Translations under genes and position numbers: made by a program
Part shown: piece after piece, positions 50,502-61,500 of the stretch
Position numbering within the stretch: the first letter of the stretch is position 1
Layout of the letters: each line of letters starts with the position of its first letter
DNA from: Octopus sinensis
Lineage: Eukaryota
Assembly: GCF_006345805.1 (NCBI RefSeq)
Contig: NC_043009.1
Coordinates: 68,882,001-68,946,000 of the forward strand
Direction of reading: 5' to 3'
Length of the DNA stretch: 64,000 nucleotides
Notes under the pieces: model-generated
What the model saw: only the letters and a program-made list of their open reading frames with translations
Told to the model about the DNA's origin: nothing
Databases searched by the model: none

Positions 50502-53500
50502 CGTGTGTGTGTGAATGTGTGTGCATATATATATATAATATATATATGAACTGAATTTGAAATGAAGTCAAAAATCAAAATTTCTGTAGAAATCTTTCCT
50601 GTGACTCTCTCCCATCGCTTGGAATTTTCTACTTAAACCTTACTTTGGCACAAATTTTGGTGTTATTTATTTTATTTTTGTTAAGTTTCCAGAAAGTGAT
50701 CATAACATTATATTTCCTTCTTCAAAAATTCAGCACATAATTCCCTCTTGTGGCCAATGATGTTGTGTCTTTCTGACCAGGAAGGTTTTTATGCCAGTCA
50801 AGAAAAATATAAATAAGACAAAGATTGCTCCCTCCCCACCTTCTTTTTTTTTTCCAATGGCATGGCAAATTTTGTGAATCTTGTCAGAATTTTGGTTTAG
50901 ATTCCTTTAATTTCTTTTGATTTAAAGATTAAAGAGAGAAAAATATATTTAAAAAAAAAAGCAACCAAACAAGAACACTGGGATGGAATAAAAAAAAATT
51001 GCAAAATATATTCTTTGCTCAGTTGCCAGGGAGAAAAAAAAAATATATAATTATGGAAAAATGAAATTAAATATAAAAAAGAAAAAACGTTTTGACCAAA
51101 GCAATGAAATAATGAAATAAAGATTATATTGATGGTAATAATTAAAATAAAAATACATTTAAAAAAGTAATTATCAAAAGAGAGAATAAATGAAAGAAAA
51201 TTGAAAATGAGAAAGCAAGAGTTATTTAAAAAAGAAAAAGAAAAAATAAGCCCAGTAAAAAAAAAAGCAACAAAAACCCCAAAAAAGAAAATCGTAAAGA
51301 ATGCTACATATAATGTCCAGCAAAAGTCTGAGCTTATCTTGTGGGTGACCATTGTCCTAAACGGACGGCACCGGACAGGATAAAAGCTGATGCTGGCTCC
51401 AACAGCTCCTCTATGTCTGACAGTCTTTAGCTTCATTCTACTGAAGCGCCCTCATTGCATTCCTGCATAATTAAAAACCATTTAATCCAAGACCAATTTA
51501 AAGATGTTAAATTGTTTTCTTTCTTCATTCTTTTGTTGTTGTTGTTGTTAATCCTGTTATTGTTCTGATGGACTCAACCAGTTGACACCTCTCGCTTGCA
51601 ATATCCTCACTTTACATTTCAGCAAGAAACAAACAAAAAAAAAATGACTTTTGTCCCACATGGTGTAACAACACTTAAATAAAAATTAGCAAATGTTATT
51701 GTCAGGAATATGACTGAAGCAAATCCAAAGACACAGTTTTCAACAACACAACAGTGTGTTAATAATAAATTAATATTACAAATCAAACACTTATACTGTC
51801 TGATTTTTTTGCCCAAAGTGAGTCAATATATATTTCTTTATTGCCCACAAGGGGCTAAACATAGAGGGGACAAACAAGGACAGACAAAGGGATTAAGTCG
51901 ATTACATCAACCCCAGTGCGTAACTGGTACTTTATTTATCAACCCCGAAAGGATGAAAAGCAAAGTTGACCTCGGCGGAATTTGAACTTAGTGCTGCAGT
52001 GTGGCCGGGAAAACCTGGTAAGATGAGTCAGTGGCCTGTTTAAGTATGTCCCCAGCTGGAGGCATTATGCTTCTTCTTGGACTCTTGGCAGCTGTGGGGT
52101 TAATAGTTGGGATATTTTGGAGACGGATAACCCGTTTCAGCAAAACACTGCAAGGACATGAAACTTTATACATCAGACTCCTGACAATCCAACGGAGGGA
52201 ACCTATGGAAAAGAATGACATGGGACCCTTCAGATATTGCACACTATTGAGGAAATGACAGGACCAAGATGACTGATGTATTTGAGAAGACCCATTTATC
52301 CAAGCAACCATGAGGCCTTAAAGGCACGTGAGTTAAGTCCCTAACAACTCCCTTCTGTCCTTGTTCACTGAAGGGCGTCCAGCCATAGAAACCATCTAGA
52401 AGAGTTTAGAGCAGCCCCCTGGCTCACCAGTTCCTGTCCAACCCTTGCAAGCATCATGGCAAACAGACATTAAATGATGATGATGTCATACCAGGTGTAA
52501 TTGTCAACTAAGAAACAATGTTCTTGTTCAACCCTCGCATTGGCCCCAATAAAGCAGACCTACAGCAAAATACATTTCAGCCCCGAGTCTTCCCCGCTCT
52601 CCCTTTGAGGGTCTCTTTTGGCTTTTCGCGAGCAAATGTGAACACCACACTTCCCTCCACATTTAAGATAAGACACAACACTCACTCACCATGTAACTTA
52701 TTCATTGCAAGACAAAGTGTGTGCTTTGGCCATCATCATCATTATCATCGTTTAACGTCCATGCTAGCATGGGTTGGACGGTTTTGACTGAGGGCTGGCG
52801 AACCAGATGGCTGCACCAGGCTCCAATCTTGATTTGGCAGTTTCTACAGCTGGATGCCCTTCCTAACGCCAACCACTCCGAGAGTATAGTGATCTGTCTA
52901 AATATTGATTGCAAATTCTTTTAGTTGACTCAGTCCAGTTGAACCCAGTAGCATTTAATCTGGCCGTATCCAGCCCAAATATTCTATGCTCAAACCAACC
53001 ATGTCTGGTCTCTCACACCTACCACACAATGTCATTCAAAAAATGAACAATCACATAAAAATCTCAAAGCTACAAAATAATGTGATTAAAACCATTTCAT
53101 CTTGCCCCAGTCCACTCAGCTGTAAAGGAGTGACCCTTGCAAAGGACTGGCATCCCATCCAGGGGGAATGCTATGCTGTGATCTCAGTCCCTTATGTCTT
53201 GGGAAACTAGATCACTGACCCTATGAGTCCTGGGACTTGAGATAGTAATGTCCAGAGGTTGAAAAAGAAGGGAAAACATTGGCATAAATTAGTTAAAAAT
53301 AAAGTAACTGAATAAAGGAGGAGATGGTCATGACTGGACTGTCTATGATCATACGCTTGTTTCCTCAATAAGTTGACTTACTTATGGCCCATTGTTGTCT
53401 CGTGAACCAGGACTCGAGAGTCTCATACATCAGCCATTTTCATCAGAATAAGAAAAAGAAAAAAACAGAACATAGATCAAAACCAGTTTATTCTGAAAGA

Positions 53501-56500
53501 TGAACATCTCTTCTGCTGTAGTCATCAACAATTTGCGTTTTAACCATTTAGTGGCATGCAGAGATTTTCATGGCGAGATGATGAAAGTACATATTAGCCA
53601 ATAACAACATAATGTTGACTTTTCCAGACCAAATGAATAATTTATGCTAATTAGCTGCTACTTCATTGCAGACGACATCTGATGCATTTTCAGCACGATA
53701 CACAAATGGCTTGAGTTTATTTATTCTCATTGTCTGCAATTAATCAGGCCCAAGTCTGATAGCTTTAAGATTTCAGTGATGTGGTTGTTTCCTGTTGCTG
53801 CTTCTGGCCAGTTTGAACATAAAACAAGTCAAATATTTGGGCCCCAAGTCTGACTGATTCAAATGCTAAGGGGTTAACATAAATGTAGTTCTGGGCCAAT
53901 ATTGTTTATTGCATTAACCTTTTTGATGCCAGACTATTTTAAAGGGTTCGTATTTAAATAAATCAATTTTATGTAAGGAAACTTTCATTCAGTTCTTTTC
54001 CAAACATCAATAACAATCCTGAAAAGTTATTTTATTAAAACTCTTCAATTCTTCATTTGTTTCCAAATAACTTAAGTATTTCATTGAAAAATATGGTCGC
54101 AAAAGAGTTGACCTATATTTCCAATAAAGCATATTCTCCAGGGATTTCAATTTTGGAAATAATCAAGAATTCTGAGTTGGTTTTGTGAAATAACTAAATT
54201 TCCTTAAGCTGATGGTCTTTGGAAAATAACAGAAACAATTCTTATATAACATTGATGGACGATTTTAATTTAGATGCAGACATAGCTGTGTGGTTGAATA
54301 ACGCATTTTGCAGCCATGATAGCAGGTTCAATTCCACTGCAAGACACCAAGGCCAACCCTGACCTGGCCAAACCACAAGGGAATATAAGGCAGAAACTGT
54401 GTACATATGTATGTCTACGTAAATATATATATATGTGTGTGTGTATGTATATGCATGTAAATATCAGTTGCATATAGAATGTTTTGTTTAAACAGCCATT
54501 TGCTGCAGGATAATCCCACACCAAATCAGAATTTAAAACAAAACACACAAACTATAATATGTGTGTGACTGATAATGTTTACATTACTACAGCTGCCTTA
54601 ATTCATTATCACCATCGTTTAACATCTGCTTTCCATGCTTGCATGGGTTGGACGATTTTGACTCAGAGCTGGCGAACCAGACTCCACTCGATCTGGCAGA
54701 GTTTCTACAGCTGGATGCCCTTCCTAATGCTAACCACTCTAAGTGTAGTGGGTGCTTTTTACGTGCCACCGGCACGGGGCCAGTCAGGTGGTACTGGCAA
54801 TGGCCTCGCTCGAATCTTTTTACACATGCCACCGGCACAGGTGCCAGTAAAGCGACGCTGGTAATGATCATGCTCGAATGGTGCCCTTTTACGTGCCACC
54901 GGCATGGAGCCAGTTGGCTGCTCTGAATTCATAATATATATATGTATATGTGTACATCTAACAACCAGTGCTGGTTTGTTGATGTCCCCATAACCAAATG
55001 ATTTGGCAGAAGAGACCAACTGAGTAAGTACCAGACTTGGAAAAAAAGAAAAACCAATCGAAGGTGATGCCCCAGGATGGTCTGCTGTCCTTCAAATAGG
55101 TTTTTGTCAAAAAGGTTCAGAAGATGAATAAAAAATTATGATGAAAATCATGGCAGTATGATTACAAGACAGAGTTTGAGATGGATTCAGTGGAATTTGG
55201 TAAAATATCTTCTCTGTTTAGCATTTAAACTGATCATACACAGCCCAAATATTATCCATTTTATGTTCAAACTGGCCAGATCCAGCCTCTCACACCTATC
55301 CTACAATGTCATTCTAAAAATAAACAACATAGAAATTTCAGAACCACGAGATAATGCATGATTAATTCAAAACAATGTGAATAAATAAGCATAACATTTA
55401 ACAGAGTAATCTGCACGCTAACGAGTTAACAAATCTGAAGACCATTAGGACACAAACCACTCAGAAAACCATAAAATCGTATGATCATGGCCTCGTTTTT
55501 GTCACGAATGGCAAGATAACCAGATGTGGTCCTACACCTATACAAAGGGAGTTGTGTTTACAATTCTCCTTAGAAATTGCTTTATTCTGTTCATTCAAGT
55601 AAGTTTGTATGTCAAAGGGATAGTTACTCTGAAAGATATTCAGGAAAACAGCAACTCTTGGACACCACTGTTTCAACATTATCATTTTTATGATTACTAA
55701 AAATGCAGATGAAATTCTGCTCAAAGACACACATCAAACCAACACAGATTTTCAGTTTAAAAATATAATTTCATGAATTCCAACATGAAAGGATAAAGGA
55801 AGGCACTCTACAGAAAACCATGATTCTATGAAAATATATATTGAAAAGATTTTATTTTCTTTGTAGTACAAATAAGTTGGGGCGAAAGACCCAAGGTGAT
55901 AACAGAACCCTCGCAAGCAACTGAGCAGTTATTAGTCTTGCAAATTTCTTGGTGGCCCTGTTGGTGCTGGTGCAATGTAAAAAGCACCCAATACACTCTG
56001 TAAAGTGGTTGGCATTGGGAAGGGCATCCAGGTGCAGAAACCATGTCAAAGCACAATAAAATCTGGTGAAGCCACCAGCTCCTGTCAAACTGTCCCATCC
56101 ATGCTGGTCTGGGAAACGGACATTAAATGATGATCCTAAGGAACTTGTTGCAGCATAACCGAATTATATTCGCTGGAGAGTCTCAAAGAACTGGTATTTA
56201 ACTCCCACTTTCATGGTGCTAAGTGGAACGAAGATGTGTGTCTCTCTCTCTCTCAATATGAATCTGGTCTATTACAGCTAACAATATCACTTGCAACCTA
56301 TTTCTTGACACGGCTAAGTAAACTAAGGCACAAAAAACTGACTCCCCTTCAAATGAAGTATCTGTTGCATTTCGAAGTGAGGTCATTGGAAAAATTACGT
56401 TCCAAGAATAGTCCATGTTCTCACTGAAGAGTGGAGTTTTTGTGAGTGGTTCTTGGTCAGATGTGCAGATGATATTCAATAAGACTTTGTAGGTGTGGAA

Positions 56501-57131
56501 TTTTAGATCCAAGAATATGGGGCAACCCCACACTACCAAATTAATGTAAGGGCCTATTCTGCCAAACAGATGGATTGGACAAAGAAATTCACTGGACCAC
56601 AATAGCATTAGAAATTTTCTTATAATTATTCAATGTGTGTATACACTTTTTGGAGACAGCCCATCTACGTGTGTATATATGTCTGTATATATATATATAT
56701 ATACACGCATTTCATCTTGTTGAACTGTTAATCTCTGCTCATTTTTTTTTCATTTTCTCTCCATTTTGATTCCTCTCAACCCTCTCTGTCAAAGACTTTT
56801 CCATTCTTCCCGAGCGTCAAACTAATACTTGCTGTTCCTTCACCTGTCTTTGTCTTTTGTTTTCTCACACACTTCTTAACCATGCAGCCTTGTCTGGTTC
56901 GAGGCTCAAGCATGGCTGTGTGGTTACTAAGTCTGCTTCACAATCACATGGCCTCGAGTTCAGTCCCACCAGACAGCACCTTCGACAAATATATTCAGCC
57001 CAGATTGACCAAAGCCTTACGAGAGAATTTTGGCAGGTGGTAACCAAAAAAATGTGTGTGTTTCGCTTTACTTTGATATCACACAAATTGTAAACAAAAG
57101 CCCTGTCATTATTTGTAAATAATGAATATTT

Positions 57132-57174
57132 GACACGTTTCGGCTGATACACCCTCCAGCCTTCATCAGGTGTC
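57132..57174 (-). ncRNA. Second, 3'-damaged hammerhead motif in the inverted arm
   Basis: minus strand GACAC-CTGATGA-A-GGCTG..CAGCC-GAAA-CGTGTC; core and stem II intact, stem I 3' strand lost. Confidence 0.55.
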
Positions 57175-57397
57175 TTGGGGAAATTTCAAACCTGGGCTCT
57201 CATTACTAAGGTGTTTCTTGATGTTATTATTATTATTACTACTCATATGCACAGGCATATGGCGTAGTGGTTATGAGCGTGGGCTACTAACCCCAAGATT
57301 CCAAGTTCAATTCCAGGCAGTGACCTGAATAATGATGATGATGATGATATCAAAAAATACCTTAAGAATGAGAATCTAGGTTCAAAATTTTCCCCAA

Positions 57398-57443
57398 GAC
57401 ACCTGATGAAGGCTGGAGGATATATCAGCCGAAATGTTGTGTT
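57398..57443 (+). ncRNA. Minimal hammerhead ribozyme motif (type I topology)
   Basis: GACAC-CTGATGA-A-GGCTG(10 nt)CAGCC-GAAA-TGTT-GTGTT: intact CUGAUGA and GAAA, 5-bp stem II, 5-bp stem I (GACAC/GUGUU), minimal stem III, predicted cleavage after U57438. Confidence 0.7.
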
Positions 57444-58008
57444 AACAACAAACAAAATGAGGACAAATATCCATCAAATGTAAATAATTCCTCATCTCTT
57501 AAATATAGAACTGTAAAAGCCCTGTCAGTGGATTTCATAGAAACTGTAGAACATTCATTGTGTGTGTGTGTAGGTGTTTGTCTTGACATCACATGATAGT
57601 TGCAAACAAATGTCGCCCTCATACAAGCAGTGACATTCAGTTCCACTCTCCTATGAGAACATGTCCAGCCATGGGGGGGGGGGGAAAGAAATATTACCTG
57701 ACTTGGAAAACAAGAGAGGGGTTGGTGACAAGAAAGGCATTTAGCCATAGAAAATTTGCTTGAATATATTTTTTTTTGGACCCATGCAAGCATGGAAAAG
57801 TAGATGTTAAAATGATAATAATGTTGATTAATATATATGTGTATATATGTATGTATGTATGTATATATACACACAACCTCCAAACAATGAGCAATATCAA
57901 AAACGACATTTAATTTCCTCTCACATTTCAAACTTTCCCCACTTTTTACACATTTACACTTGTCTCTTTAGCAAAACAACAACAAACACTTTTTTGCCTT
58001 TTTCGTTA

Positions 58009-58591
58009 TTAAGTGTCTGGTTTCTTATCTTCACTCTTTTCACAAGTTTTCTTTTCAGCATCAGCTTGCATATCCTTGGCCTCAGAATTCTTGTCATCAC
58101 CACCTGCATCATCATCGTCATCGTCATCATCATCATCATCATCATCAATATTAATAACGTCATCATCACTAATGTCATCTTCGTCGCTGTCTGAAATTTC
58201 TATAGACTCTTCATCCGTCTCCCTGGCTCTTCTCTTTCCGCTCTGCTCATTTTCGCCGCCAGCATTCTCAATGTCACTCATATCAGTGAAACTCTCGGAT
58301 TCGCTGTCGCTGTCAGGATTAACAGAAGTATTAACGGAAAGCTCATTCCCAAAATCAGCAAAGAAGTCGTCTTCTTTGTTCAACGGATTCAGACGACTCG
58401 ATTTCTTGGCTTTCTCCTGGATGTTCACCTCAACGTCTGACAAAATGTCGAGGTTCCAAAACTTAACAGTCTGGTCATGAGAACAACTAGCCAGGAACTT
58501 TTTGTCTCGAGACAAACTCAAGTTCTCCACTGGAAAGTCAGCATGTCTGCCAAGCACTCCAAGAAATCGGTTTGGTAAAATATGTACAGCT
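58009..58591 (-). CDS. WDR55: WDR55 last coding exon with long acidic tail
   Basis: minus-strand tgcag acceptor; AVHILPNRFLG...DDFFADF...KKPDT*; TAA at 58009-58011; possible ATTAAA signal at 57909-57914 (-). Confidence 0.92.
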
Positions 58592-61500
58592 CTGCAATGG
58601 AGAAAAGAAAAAAAAAGTCATTTATTATAAACAGATTTCAAGATTTTACAAACAACAAGAAAGAAAGAGGGGGGGGGGAGGGAGAGATAACGAGATTCTT
58701 AATGATACACAGGTTTGTAAGGAGGAGAGTGGTTGTTATTGTATCCCTAGGTCAGCCCTGAGCAAGGAGACCCACAGCATACAGATGCCCAGGTGATTGT
58801 AAGGCCAGGTATGCCATATCTCCATCTCTTTGAGGACCATTCTACACACTTTAATACAGAGCTGGTGGAACTGTTAGCAGACCAGGCAAAATGTTTAGCA
58901 GTGTTCTGCCCATCTTTAAGTTCTGGGTTTGAATTCCACTGAGACTGCCTTTGTCTTTCATTCTTCCAGGGTTGATAGAATAAGTCCCAGCTGAATACTG
59001 AGAAGGGTCAATGCTACAAACTTATCCCCTCCCACAAAATTTCAGAGTCATTGCTGTTATATTTAACCTGAAGTCAGCTCTGATCAAACAGACCAAAGGC
59101 AATCCAGTCATGACCTTTAAGAAGAATACACCCCAGATACTCACGAATGAAAGCGAAACTACATTGTCGATTGACTAAAAAGGGCAGGCAAATTGCCGTG
59201 TTTAATACAATTAAGATATTAAAGTAAATTTGTGCAACATTATGGAGAACAAAAGGAGAATTATTTGGAGACAAACTATTTTGTTTGTTCAATGATGAAG
59301 ATGGAGAAGGAACTTAAACCTCACCAACATATTTTAGAAGCAAGATACTCGTCAGTCTTGAGAACCCCAGCCCTACATAATATCCAAATGTGTCCTTCTT
59401 AAAACATAATTGTGTGATCTGAGAGAGATTTGGTACCTAGAAAGCCCTGGTGCTGTGTTGCAGTCTTAGCCTGTTGTATACCCTCTCCAAATTCTGTCTG
59501 CTTCTGGAAGTCAGAAGAATCTGGCAAGGGTTACAATGGCATTTCAGTCGTGATTGTCTTTTATTCAAGCATATTTTAAAGATGGCACCGCATTATTTCA
59601 GGATGTCTCTTATGATGTGGTGTTTTGCACAGTTACAATGTGCAGCCACTGTTCTGACTGTAGCTTTTGTATCTACTCCAGTAGTCACAATATTCTCTTG
59701 GAATCAGATACAGTGTTTCTCTCCTGCACCAGAATGGTAATACACTGCTTCGTCTTTCATGCTATCACTGATAGCTCTGCAAGACACCCAATTTGAACCG
59801 TCTACCTTGACTGTGACTCGAACGCGACTCTAACATGTAACTGACACTTGACTCCAACTGAGAATTCATACAACTCTACAACGACTGACACACGACTCCC
59901 CAAACCACTTGTCCCATGGGAAAGGAATACCATTTCCACTACTAATGACAAAAGAGCTATATTTAGACCAACTTACCTGACAGCTCCATCCAGGGAACCA
60001 GTACAAATGATGTCTTCAGAAACGGGACAAATACAATCAATGGACATCGGATGACCTGGGAATCGGTCGCAGAGATTTCCAAACTCACTCCAGTTGAAAA
60101 GATTCAAGACTCCTTCTCCAGTGCCACAAACAACTTTACGCCCATTCTACATTAATAATAATGATAATAATAAAAAAGCAATCAACTTTCAGAATCACAG
60201 ACTAGGAAGATGATAGAATCACAGACACTACAAGGACCCCACCTTTGTATTTCTGAGCGAGAAACTAAAATCTGTTTGCATCAGCCTCTCACAGCTGTAA
60301 GGGAGGTAAGTATGAGACTTTGTGGGATAAACTATTTCCTGAGGAAGTTACTTTCATCAAACTAGCACCTGTTCAGGCATTGGTCTCCATGAAGCAACAG
60401 AAACCAGAAGAGAATGGCAGCACTATAAACCCTCACAATTCCTGAAATGTCTGAGATATTAAACACAGTCCTGATGGAGGTCGGAAATCACAGAGAGTGA
60501 AATACGAATCTTTTAATACACAGCAGTAGTTGAGTTCTTGTGCTGACAGTGTACAAGATCCACAAGACTGTGACATCTTCCTCCTTCTCTGAAACTACTT
60601 AGCCTGATTCCAGAGTCAGACAGAGAGAGGGGGCGGGGGGCGATGAACTTGGAGCTTAAGCACAGAATTAAATCAAAATTAATCACTTTAGATCAGGGAA
60701 CCTCTCCAAGCTGAGTTGCTTCTTCTCCAGAGTGAAAGGTTTCAATTCCTGTAGAAGAACACAATGGTTAGAATGTTGCAGGAAAGATTCACAGGATGGA
60801 ATCTTCACACCAAACCAACTGACAGGAGACCTAAGGTTGGATCGTGGGTGAGATGGTTGGATGACATCCATAATCTTAGTCACGCTTAGGAATCCAGTAG
60901 GAAAGTGTGTGATGACAGTTGATTCTGATTGGACACTATGAAGGAGATACGTGAAGATTCTGCCCCACCACGATTCTCCCAGGAATAATGAGCAGAGAAA
61001 ATGGATGGATTAACCAGCTGGTTGGTAGGTTTCATTAGGACAAGAGGAAGTCTGTTCACAGAAGAATGAGCATTTCAATCTAATTAATGTCCTAACGTAA
61101 TGACCTCTGCTATATCACGTCATCACCTCTTATATTACACACACACACACACAGTGAAAACTTGTTAATTCTGATTTCTCTATCTCTGGATTTGGTAAAT
61201 TATGTGCTGATATCGAATCTAAAGCTCTACAAAAACTCACAACAGAAAAAACAATTGATGTGTCTTCATCCAATTAAAATCGAAATTACCTTAATTATGG
61301 CAACTGATAACAGTTCAGAATCAAAAAGCTCAGATTGAAGTTCCAGCCGTTTGCGACGCACATTCAGAGCCGTAAGAGTTCCTTCACCTGAAGCAGCCAA
61401 CAGAATTTTGTGGTCGTTGTCAATGGCCATGCCACTTATGAATTCTTCACAGCACTTTAATTCCATGGATGCTTCTTTGGCCCTTAGATCCCAAACCTAC

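Larger units (their letters stand above)
57109..57514. mobile_element. Foldback tRNA-head SINE-like insertion with inverted arms bearing hammerhead-ribozyme cores (Penelope-associated type)
   Basis: 13-bp direct repeat AAAAGCCCTGTCA at 57096-57108 and 57515-57527; inverted arms ~57130-57240 and ~57330-57445; A box TGGCGTAGTGG 57260-57270; B box GTTCAATTC 57305-57313. Confidence 0.8.

Noticed and set aside
50897-51436. 179-aa Phe/Ile-rich and 60-aa Lys-rich ORFs
   Set aside because: Produced by a low-complexity A/T tract; no domain signal
57954-58480. Poly-Ser (+, 58013-58480) and poly-Met (-, 57954-58178) ORFs
   Set aside because: Antisense or alternative-frame shadows of the WDR55 (GAT)n acidic tail
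59450-59800. Overlapping 80-96-aa ORFs in the WDR55 intron
   Set aside because: No recognisable motif, stops on the opposite strand, no splice context; probably decayed TE
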